This document shows, in pieces, positions 40,460 through 52,495 of a DNA stretch of 64,000 nt (positions are counted from its first letter, which is position 1; each line of letters begins with the position of its first letter). The stretch is from Paragordius varius (taxonomy: Eukaryota > Animalia > Nematomorpha): assembly GCA_964247055.1 (NCBI GenBank), contig OZ176057.1:868001-932000 (forward strand), in the 5' to 3' direction. Under the pieces are notes generated by a model. It was not told the DNA's origin. It saw only the letters and a list, made by a program, of their open reading frames with translations, and searched no databases. Made by a program: the position numbers and the translations under genes.

Positions 40460-40612
40460 TTGTGGTTGGAGGACGTGTCGGTCTAGTGCGTTTTGTCGCA
40501 CAAGTCGTTTTCGTAGGCTTAGTTTTGCATGTGGTTTGAGTTGTCCTTCTGCATTTCGTAGTTCTTTTTGTCGGGCGTACCGTCGTACATGGTAAAACAG
40601 TTGTAGTTATTT
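40460..40612 (-). CDS. 153-bp mucin-like exon, copy 2
   Basis: Intact frame with AG/GT boundaries; few substitutions versus copy 1 (e.g. VTP to VLP, CTT to CAT). Confidence 0.68.
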
Positions 40613-40849
40613 CTAAAAAAATAATTTAGATAACTTGTAAATTGTTTGCGATATCTCCAAAGTTACCAAGGATGTTAAAGTAATTGGAAAATAGTTTAAC
40701 AGTGGTATTTCAACCGCGGCCCTTAAAATAATTTTTTATTATTTATCAAATTTTATATAAGTATAAAAATCTGCTAATGCTCTGTCAAACTTCTGTGAAA
40801 TTTTCATCGGTATTATACTATATGGTGCACGGCCCTTGAGGCTCGATAA

Positions 40850-43800
40850 CTCTGACACAATCAGTCAAAAAACTTACGCCTCTCATGAGGCGGTTGTGAT
40901 CCATCACAATCAGATACCACAATACTAACTGTAATTTCCCAACCTGTCGATTATGAGAAGCGCTCACCTTTTTATATTTGTTTTTGTAAATTATATAATG
41001 ATTTTTTCATTCACACCCAGCAATATATTTATAGAAATATTTATAAAAAGGTTTTTTGGTTTGCGCCCTCTCGATAACGATTTTTTTAGCTTCTACATTT
41101 ATGTGAAGGTTCCCTCTACCTGTTCCCTTATCTTGATTCAGGCTGTTAGAGACATATCATGTTTCGAATAAACATGATTTTTAATACCCTTGTATGTGCC
41201 TGTTCGATGCCCACATCTATCGGACACATGAACTCACCATCACATGTTTGAAGGCTTCCTTTCCACAAAAAGGAAGTTCTGGGGTCTAAATTAGACCTGA
41301 CTGAGACGGTTACTGATATACCTTTTGGGACTAGGATCATCGTTCCCAACGATATGAACATTGCTTTGGTGGTTTTTAAGCCACTCTAGAGTCTTGTATG
41401 ATTTAGAGCAACCAGCAATCCCACAAGGGTATGGATTGCTGCTCCCCCCTTTCGTTGGCCATATGAAAGACAGTAACATGTTTTTTCGTATTCTTTTCGT
41501 TTGAGAATTTAACCGCACACCCATTAACTGAACAGGATACTGAGGCGACTGTTTGTAAAGGTAAGTTAGTGACAGGAGTTAAGTCATTTGATTTCTTTCC
41601 AGGATGCGCAAACTCAGGTAATTTACCACTCTGCACAATTGCCCGTTTAAAATCCTCAAGATTTCGACATTCGACTTCGTGTATACGAAGTGACCCGTTA
41701 TTACCATTGTATAGCACAAACCAGTCCAGATCTCGTTGGACATAGCGCTCCCATCTTTGCCTACAGCGTGCTCGGACTTTTGTTTTACCCAGCACCCCAT
41801 TGTATAACTGAGCTGCTAGTTCAGAAGTTTGGCCGAGGCATAGCTTCTGAACCAGCGAAGCCTTCTACTGCCCAACAGTTTATTCACATATGGGAGCTTT
41901 ACCGCTGACCGGAGACTTGGAACGGGTACCTTATCTGATCGTGAAACACCCACACACGTTCTAATACAGTCATTGAAACTATCCAATTTATTCACGTCTG
42001 CCTTAGTAGTATTCCACGTTTCACAGCCGTACAATAGAGATGGAACTACGAAATCCATTATCAGCTGCCGTTTTATCTTGTTGGGAATTTTCCTGCTTTC
42101 TAAGATAAGTTTCACTTTACGCAACACTACCCTCGCTTTTACTATTCTCCTTGTGATTTCACGGCTGACACATCTCTTCCTACTGATCTCAGACCCAAGG
42201 TACGTAAGGCTATATACGTTTTCAATTACAGACGTTTCTAGCATTATGAGTAGGTTGTCGTTAGAGCCCGTCAATTCTAAGACTTTTGATATGCTCATCG
42301 AAATTAGGATACCATATCGTTTAAACGTGGAGTTTAAACGTTATGCCAAGGAAAGTTCGCTTCGATTGTTACTGTCTATCATGATATCATCAGCGAATGC
42401 TAGTATCTTCACTCCAGGAGTGCTCTGACTACAAGGGATTGCATTTATTTGAGTGATACTAATAGCTTCCAGCTGAAGATCAGCACGAAGGCATGACTCT
42501 AAAAAGATATCAAACAGGGCATGTGAGAGTCTGCACACTTGCCGAACCCGTTCAAGTTTGAACCATCGACTTTACTCTCGCTTTATTGCCTTATTTAATT
42601 GGCTAGAGCATTAGTAACTTCGGAGCGCAGAGCGCTTTCACCAGACAGTCCATTCATGCCCCATGAGGAACGCTATCGAACGCCTTCTCAAGGTCAATAC
42701 ACAAAGCACCTCTGTATCGGCTATTCGAGATTTTTCTTACACCCTTCGAGGGGTGAATATTATGTTACAAGTAGATTTCCGTTCACTGAACCCGCATTGG
42801 TCATCCCCACTTGTTTGGTCAACGTCTGCAATCGTTCGTTCACAATGCCAATAAAGATCTCCCCATCAATGTTGAGTAAGGAGATGGGACGATATGATTT
42901 GGGATCAATCGTCTTACCCTTATTCTTATATATCGGACATATCTCCGCGACTTTCCAATCTTCCGGAATGCAGCCCGTCCCCCAAACCCTTTCGAATATG
43001 CCTTTTAGGCATTCAAGGACCGATTCACCACCCGCATGATACAATTTAAGGGCTATACCACCCTCACCGCTACTCTTTCCGAATTTCATCTTCCATAACC
43101 GTTCGATTTCATCTCTTCCGCGGACATTATCGTTACCTTACACACCGCTAGCGAACAATGATTCACCAAAGATGTCATCACCACATTTACGATACACTGA
43201 TTCGTAGTATGTGGCTATATCTTCCACATTAGCATACGAACTCTTACCCGTGCCCAGCCACTTGTTGCAGGTGTTAACCACCGCATTCAAAATTACAGAG
43301 ATACTTTTAGAATTTTTGTTCACTAGACAGTGCCCCACTTCTGTGGCTTTCTTCTCTAACCATTCTGACTTAAGGGCGTAAAAGTTTTGTTTTAGAAATT
43401 TGTTTAGTCCTTTGAATGAAATCTTTCACTTTGAGTGGCTTTTCCAATAAAGATTGCTTTACGTTTCTGTTTGGTGTTAATGTCAAAAAAAATTTTTCTT
43501 TGTGGACCCGGCAACTCGTTCAACCCAGTCTTCGGAAGGAATATATTTAATTAATGCACTAACGTTGTTACATCAATTTCCCCACTGTGTGAACCAAACC
43601 TTTCTTTTACGTTGTGTTCAAAGTTCCCTCTCAATTGTTTGTTAGTGACCAGGGTTAGAAGTTCATCTTAAGTTGGCCTCTTCTGTCGAGGTAGATCCTT
43701 TTTTGGACGAGTTCTTTGCCTTGCACTGACAAATTTTTCCAACATCAACCTGTGAGTCCCGTAAGGTAACTTTCATCATCCGTAACCCAGAAACTAATTC

Positions 43801-44783
43801 TCCTGAACAAGTATCTGATTATGGGCAAAAATTATGCTAGGGTGTACCCAAGTGACCTTTTTCCAATAAGGTTTTAGGAAAACGCTTCCAACAGCCTTAA
43901 GACTATGTAGATTACATATAACGAGGAGATTACCGTTATTGTTTCCCACACGATTTCTGGCAATGTTTAGTTTCCAACATGCTATTAATTTAGCCTGAAT
44001 CGATTTGAGCGTTGAAGTCACCAAGTACCATATATAGTGATTTTATGTCCAGTTGATCACCAAGATTAGTATAAAATTCCGAATTTTTAACCACTTTTAC
44101 CGACTCGACAGGAGAATAGACCGACAAAATCGTTACATCATATTTTTCAATCCTCAGCGTAGCAATTCTTGGACTAATGTCATCAAATTGGCTATTCTCG
44201 GCAATATCCTATTTGATAGGGACCCGCATCCAAGTGTGCCCGCCTTATCACTTGAACCAGTAAGGAGCCTGTATGATAGGAGTTCCTTGTCTATCCCCCC
44301 TGCATCTATGGCATTCCTGTACTGTGAGAATGTGAACGCCTTTCTTCTCCGCATCAACTGAAAGTTCTATTTCGTGGAGCTTACACCTCAGGCCGTTGAC
44401 ATTCAGGGTACCTATTTATATGCTTCTGTTACTAGAGCCTGGTCCCACTCTTTTTTCTCGGATCGTTCTAGCAGGATAACTGTTTTATAGTATATTCGAA
44501 TTAATAGTAGTTTTATAAATCATGATTGCTTTGAATAGGCAATGCTAACTGTGAGTTATGGGTTCGCCAGACCCCGAGAACTCAAGCCTACCTTCAGTTA
44601 CATAGCCCTGTGCATGGACTGCTTGACCAGCTAGGATAATACCGGTATCGGTTTGTTGGAAGTTAGTCTCCTCCTTCCAACCCTTCACCTGTTAGACTTG
44701 CCTGAACCCCGTTTGCAGTCATTAAAACGCTGACTTTGCCCGCCGGATCACCACTTGGAGGTGGAATAGGACTCTTATACAGC
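40850..44783 (-). mobile_element. RTE-like copy R2 (chimera: R4-type 3' end + R1-type body)
   Basis: Same ORF fragments as R1 shifted by ~5819 bp, with shared inactivating lesions. Confidence 0.9.
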
Positions 44784-46282
44784 TGAGGGACGATCTAATT
44801 TTTGACGCCATTTAAAACTTTTTTGATGAGTAGCACTGGTACTGAGTCTCTTTTTTTAAATTTTTATTAAAGTTTAAGGACTGTATTAAACTTATGAGAG
44901 CCTTACGCCTGCCTGCTTAGAGTGGGAAATTTCACAGTTTTGGAATTGTAAATCTGGCACGCCAGACAGGCAGTATAAGAGTCCAGTGTCCCATCTACTA
45001 AACCATCACGCCCAACTCTCAAATAGTATTTGCACATAATATACTTAACATTTTAACAATTATTACTTATATTACGGAATATATTATTTACAGCTCTACC
45101 TCGCTCTTAAACATTCACCATTGAACATTTTAAATCCATTCTTCATTCAAAATTCTTGGACCTATTTATAATCATTTTTAAATATCAAATTTAACCCCAA
45201 GAATAAATTAATTGTTATTGGGTTAATCTATTTCATTATTGATTTAAAATTTATTTAGATGGCATAGTGTTTATAATTTTACCGATATCACATTAATTTT
45301 ATACAAAGTTTTATTTTTTAAAAATATCAATTAATATACGTAATTTTTCATTAATTAAAACATAATTTATATTAGAACGAATTCAAAGTGTTAAAGGGTG
45401 AATAGAATTGTGAGGGGGAATTATGTGTGGGTGATATAGATAAGAATTTTAGATAATATTGATTCCGTAATGGACACTGTTAATTGTTTATAAGAACCTT
45501 AACTTAAATTATTATTACTTATATGGATAATTAATATAAACATCATTGACATTGTATTTAATACAAATAGCAATTTTTTAATCGCCTATCCTTTTATAAA
45601 ATTTATAAATAGACCTGTACAACCACAAAGTAGTAAGTCATAAAATGAACTCAATTTAATCCAATGAATTATCTTTTATTTATACTCTTGGTTGTCTATC
45701 CTAATTATAATAGAAACAATGAAATTCTAGCTTTCTGCAAAAACTATTTACATTATTTCCATTAGTTACATAAGGAGCATCCATCTTTATCAAAACAAAA
45801 CCCTCGGTTTCTAGTTCCTATAATTTCAGTTTTTACTGTAAGTTTTATTTCACTAATAATCTGCTATTTAACAATTTGGAGTTTAGGGGTGTACTTTATC
45901 CTTAGAATCAAATAATCTTAAATACCAAAGACCCCATAAATAACTATGAATAAAAAAATAAACTCATAAATATTTTAAAAAAACTCGGTATATAAAGTAA
46001 AAACTGAATTCAAACAAACAAAACTTTAAAAATATACAAATACTTTTTTTCTCGTAACATAGTTCGACTTTTAAAATTTGATTTTTAAAATTTTAACTCA
46101 TGAGTTACAGCAAATAATTGAATATAGATGGAAATTGGCAGAACACAATCTGTAATTTTATTGTAATTAAATAATAAATTTAGCTAAAAATATGGTGTTC
46201 TTAGAAAAAAATTTATCTTTACATTTTTACGATTTGATTTGTCTATATATTTTCAATTTGTACTGTATTCATGAAAAATAAC

Positions 46283-46435
46283 TTGTGGTTGGAGGACGTG
46301 TCGGTCTAGTGCGTTTTGTCGCACAAGTCGTTTTCGTAGGCTTAGTTTTGCATGTGGTTTGAGTTGTCCTTCTGCATTTCGTAGTTCTTTTTGTCGGGCG
46401 TACCGTCGTACATGGTAAAACAGTTGTAGTTATTT
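46283..46435 (-). CDS. 153-bp mucin-like exon, copy 3
   Basis: Appears identical to copy 2, 5823 bp away; AG/GT intact. Confidence 0.68.
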
Positions 46436-46672
46436 CTAAAAAAATAATTTAGATAACTTGTAAATTGTTTGCGATATCTCCAAAGTTACCAAGGATGTTA
46501 AAGTAATTGGAAAATAGTTTAACAGTGGTATTTCAACCGCGGCCCTTAAAATAATTTTTTATTATTTATCAAATTTTATATAAGTATAAAAATCTGCTAA
46601 TGCTCTGTCAAACTTCTGTGAAATTTTCATCGGTATTATACTATATGGTGCACGGCCCTTGAGGCTCGATAA

Positions 46673-49600
46673 CTCTGACACAATCAGTCAAAAAACTTAC
46701 GCCTCTCATGAGGCGGTTGTGATCCATCACAATCAGATACCACAATACTAACTGTAATTTCCCAACCTGTCGATTATGAGAAGCGCTCACCTTTTTATAT
46801 TTGTTTTTGTAAATTATATAATGATTTTTTCATTCACACCCAGCAATATATTTATAGAAATATTTATAAAAAGGTTTTTTGGTTTGCGCCCTCTCGATAA
46901 CGATTTTTTTAGCTTCTACATTTATGTGAAGGTTCCCTCTACCTGTTCCCTTATCTTGATTCAGGCTGTTAGAGACATATCATGTTTCGAATAAACATGA
47001 TTTTTAATACCCTTGTATGTGCCTGTTCGATGCCCACATCTATCGGACACATGAACTCACCATCACATGTTTGAAGGCTTCCTTTCCACAAAAAGGAAGT
47101 TCTGGGGTCTAAATTAGACCTGACTGAGACGGTTACTGATATACCTTTTGGGACTAGGATCATCGTTCCCAACGATATGAACATTGCTTTGGTGGTTTTT
47201 AAGCCACTCTAGAGTCTTGTATGATTTAGAGCAACCAGCAATCCCACAAGGGTATGGATTGCTGCTCCCCCCTTTCGTTGGCCATATGAAAGACAGTAAC
47301 ATGTTTTTTCGTATTCTTTTCGTTTGAGAATTTAACCGCACACCCATTAACTGAACAGGATACTGAGGCGACTGTTTGTAAAGGTAAGTTAGTGACAGGA
47401 GTTAAGTCATTTGATTTCTTTCCAGGATGCGCAAACTCAGGTAATTTACCACTCTGCACAATTGCCCGTTTAAAATCCTCAAGATTTCGACATTCGACTT
47501 CGTGTATACGAAGTGACCCGTTATTACCATTGTATAGCACAAACCAGTCCAGATCTCGTTGGACATAGCGCTCCCATCTTTGCCTACAGCGTGCTCGGAC
47601 TTTTGTTTTACCCAGCACCCCATTGTATAACTGAGCTGCTAGTTCAGAAGTTTGGCCGAGGCATAGCTTCTGAACCAGCGAAGCCTTCTACTGCCCAACA
47701 GTTTATTCACATATGGGAGCTTTACCGCTGACCGGAGACTTGGAACGGGTACCTTATCTGATCGTGAAACACCCACACACGTTCTAATACAGTCATTGAA
47801 ACTATCCAATTTATTCACGTCTGCCTTAGTAGTATTCCACGTTTCACAGCCGTACAATAGAGATGGAACTACGAAATCCATTATCAGCTGCCGTTTTATC
47901 TTGTTGGGAATTTTCCTGCTTTCTAAGATAAGTTTCACTTTACGCAACACTACCCTCGCTTTTACTATTCTCCTTGTGATTTCACGGCTGACACATCTCT
48001 TCCTACTGATCTCAGACCCAAGGTACGTAAGGCTATATACGTTTTCAATTACAGACGTTTCTAGCATTATGAGTAGGTTGTCGTTAGAGCCCGTCAATTC
48101 TAAGACTTTTGATATGCTCATCGAAATTAGGATACCATATCGTTTAAACGTGGAGTTTAAACGTTATGCCAAGGAAAGTTCGCTTCGATTGTTACTGTCT
48201 ATCATGATATCATCAGCGAATGCTAGTATCTTCACTCCAGGAGTGCTCTGACTACAAGGGATTGCATTTATTTGAGTGATACTAATAGCTTCCAGCTGAA
48301 GATCAGCACGAAGGCATGACTCTAAAAAGATATCAAACAGGGCATGTGAGAGTCTGCACACTTGCCGAACCCGTTCAAGTTTGAACCATCGACTTTACTC
48401 TCGCTTTATTGCCTTATTTAATTGGCTAGAGCATTAGTAACTTCGGAGCGCAGAGCGCTTTCACCAGACAGTCCATTCATGCCCCATGAGGAACGCTATC
48501 GAACGCCTTCTCAAGGTCAATACACAAAGCACCTCTGTATCGGCTATTCGAGATTTTTCTTACACCCTTCGAGGGGTGAATATTATGTTACAAGTAGATT
48601 TCCGTTCACTGAACCCGCATTGGTCATCCCCACTTGTTTGGTCAACGTCTGCAATCGTTCGTTCACAATGCCAATAAAGATCTCCCCATCAATGTTGAGT
48701 AAGGAGATGGGACGATATGATTTGGGATCAATCGTCTTACCCTTATTCTTATATATCGGACATATCTCCGCGACTTTCCAATCTTCCGGAATGCAGCCCG
48801 TCCCCCAAACCCTTTCGAATATGCCTTTTAGGCATTCAAGGACCGATTCACCACCCGCATGATACAATTTAAGGGCTATACCACCCTCACCGCTACTCTT
48901 TCCGAATTTCATCTTCCATAACCGTTCGATTTCATCTCTTCCGCGGACATTATCGTTACCTTACACACCGCTAGCGAACAATGATTCACCAAAGATGTCA
49001 TCACCACATTTACGATACACTGATTCGTAGTATGTGGCTATATCTTCCACATTAGCATACGAACTCTTACCCGTGCCCAGCCACTTGTTGCAGGTGTTAA
49101 CCACCGCATTCAAAATTACAGAGATACTTTTAGAATTTTTGTTCACTAGACAGTGCCCCACTTCTGTGGCTTTCTTCTCTAACCATTCTGACTTAAGGGC
49201 GTAAAAGTTTTGTTTTAGAAATTTGTTTAGTCCTTTGAATGAAATCTTTCACTTTGAGTGGCTTTTCCAATAAAGATTGCTTTACGTTTCTGTTTGGTGT
49301 TAATGTCAAAAAAAATTTTTCTTTGTGGACCCGGCAACTCGTTCAACCCAGTCTTCGGAAGGAATATATTTAATTAATGCACTAACGTTGTTACATCAAT
49401 TTCCCCACTGTGTGAACCAAACCTTTCTTTTACGTTGTGTTCAAAGTTCCCTCTCAATTGTTTGTTAGTGACCAGGGTTAGAAGTTCATCTTAAGTTGGC
49501 CTCTTCTGTCGAGGTAGATCCTTTTTTGGACGAGTTCTTTGACTTGCACTGACAAATTTTTCCAACATCAACCTGTGAGTCCCGTAAGGTAACTTTCATC

Positions 49601-50606
49601 ATCCGTAACCCAGAAACTAATTCTCCTGAACAAGTATCTGATTATGGGCAAAAATTATGCTAGGGTGTACCCAAGTGACCTTTTTCCAATAAGGTTTTAG
49701 GAAAACGCTTCCAACAGCCTTAAGACTATGTAGATTACATATAACGAGGAGATTACCGTTATTGTTTCCCACACGATTTCTGGCAATGTTTAGTTTCCAA
49801 CATGCTATTAATTTAGCCTGAATCGATTTGAGCGTTGAAGTCACCAAGTACCATATATAGTGATTTTATGTCCAGTTGATCACCAAGATTAGTATAAAAT
49901 TCCGAATTTTTAACCACTTTTACCGACTCGACAGGAGAATAGACCGACAAAATCGTTACATCATATTTTTCAATCCTCAGCGTAGCAATTCTTGGACTAA
50001 TGTCATCAAATTGGCTATTCTCGGCAATATCCTATTTGATAGGGACCCGCATCCAAGTGTGCCCGCCTTATCACTTGAACCAGTAAGGAGCCTGTATGAT
50101 AGGAGTTCCTTGTCTATCCCCCCTGCATCTATGGCATTCCTGTACTGTGAGAATGTGAACGCCTTTCTTCTCCGCATCAACTGAAAGTTCTATTTCGTGG
50201 AGCTTACACCTCAGGCCGTTGACATTCAGGGTACCTATTTATATGCTTCTGTTACTAGAGCCTGGTCCCACTCTTTTTTCTCGGATCGTTCTAGCAGGAT
50301 AACTGTTTTATAGTATATTCGAATTAATAGTAGTTTTATAAATCATGATTGCTTTGAATAGGCAATGCTAACTGTGAGTTATGGGTTCGCCAGACCCCGA
50401 GAACTCAAGCCTACCTTCAGTTACATAGCCCTGTGCATGGACTGCTTGACCAGCTAGGATAATACCGGTATCGGTTTGTTGGAAGTTAGTCTCCTCCTTC
50501 CAACCCTTCACCTGTTAGACTTGCCTGAACCCCGTTTGCAGTCATTAAAACGCTGACTTTGCCCGCCGGATCACCACTTGGAGGTGGAATAGGACTCTTA
50601 TACAGC
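46673..50606 (-). mobile_element. RTE-like copy R3 (near-identical to R2)
   Basis: ORF track repeats at +5823. Confidence 0.9.
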
Positions 50607-52105
50607 TGAGGGACGATCTAATTTTTGACGCCATTTAAAACTTTTTTGATGAGTAGCACTGGTACTGAGTCTCTTTTTTTAAATTTTTATTAAAGTTTAA
50701 GGACTGTATTAAACTTATGAGAGCCTTACGCCTGCCTGCTTAGAGTGGGAAATTTCACAGTTTTGGAATTGTAAATCTGGCACGCCAGACAGGCAGTATA
50801 AGAGTCCAGTGTCCCATCTACTAAACCATCACGCCCAACTCTCAAATAGTATTTGCACATAATATACTTAACATTTTAACAATTATTACTTATATTACGG
50901 AATATATTATTTACAGCTCTACCTCGCTCTTAAACATTCACCATTGAACATTTTAAATCCATTCTTCATTCAAAATTCTTGGACCTATTTATAATCATTT
51001 TTAAATATCAAATTTAACCCCAAGAATAAATTAATTGTTATTGGGTTAATCTATTTCATTATTGATTTAAAATTTATTTAGATGGCATAGTGTTTATAAT
51101 TTTACCGATATCACATTAATTTTATACAAAGTTTTATTTTTTAAAAATATCAATTAATATACGTAATTTTTCATTAATTAAAACATAATTTATATTAGAA
51201 CGAATTCAAAGTGTTAAAGGGTGAATAGAATTGTGAGGGGGAATTATGTGTGGGTGATATAGATAAGAATTTTAGATAATATTGATTCCGTAATGGACAC
51301 TGTTAATTGTTTATAAGAACCTTAACTTAAATTATTATTACTTATATGGATAATTAATATAAACATCATTGACATTGTATTTAATACAAATAGCAATTTT
51401 TTAATCGCCTATCCTTTTATAAAATTTATAAATAGACCTGTACAACCACAAAGTAGTAAGTCATAAAATGAACTCAATTTAATCCAATGAATTATCTTTT
51501 ATTTATACTCTTGGTTGTCTATCCTAATTATAATAGAAACAATGAAATTCTAGCTTTCTGCAAAAACTATTTACATTATTTCCATTAGTTACATAAGGAG
51601 CATCCATCTTTATCAAAACAAAACCCTCGGTTTCTAGTTCCTATAATTTCAGTTTTTACTGTAAGTTTTATTTCACTAATAATCTGCTATTTAACAATTT
51701 GGAGTTTAGGGGTGTACTTTATCCTTAGAATCAAATAATCTTAAATACCAAAGACCCCATAAATAACTATGAATAAAAAAATAAACTCATAAATATTTTA
51801 AAAAAACTCGGTATATAAAGTAAAAACTGAATTCAAACAAACAAAACTTTAAAAATATACAAATACTTTTTTTCTCGTAACATAGTTCGACTTTTAAAAT
51901 TTGATTTTTAAAATTTTAACTCATGAGTTACAGCAAATAATTGAATATAGATGGAAATTGGCAGAACACAATCTGTAATTTTATTGTAATTAAATAATAA
52001 ATTTAGCTAAAAATATGGTGTTCTTAGAAAAAAATTTATCTTTACATTTTTACGATTTGATTTGTCTATATATTTTCAATTTGTACTGTATTCATGAAAA
52101 ATAAC

Positions 52106-52258
52106 TTGTGGTTGGAGGACGTGTCGGTCTAGTGCGTTTTGTCGCACAAGTCGTTTTCGTAGGCTTAGTTTTGCATGTGGTTTGAGTTGTCCTTCTGCAT
52201 TTCGTAGTTCTTTTTGTCGGGCGTACCGTCGTACATGGTAAAACAGTTGTAGTTATTT
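52106..52258 (-). CDS. 153-bp mucin-like exon, copy 4
   Basis: Appears identical to copies 2 and 3, 5823 bp from copy 3; AG/GT intact. Confidence 0.68.
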
Positions 52259-52495
52259 CTAAAAAAATAATTTAGATAACTTGTAAATTGTTTGCGATAT
52301 CTCCAAAGTTACCAAGGATGTTAAAGTAATTGGAAAATAGTTTAACAGTGGTATTTCAACCGCGGCCCTTAAAATAATTTTTTATTATTTATCAAATTTT
52401 ATATAAGTATAAAAATCTGCTAATGCTCTGTCAAACTTCTGTGAAATTTTCATCGGTATTATACTATATGGTGCACGGCACTTGAGGCTCGATAA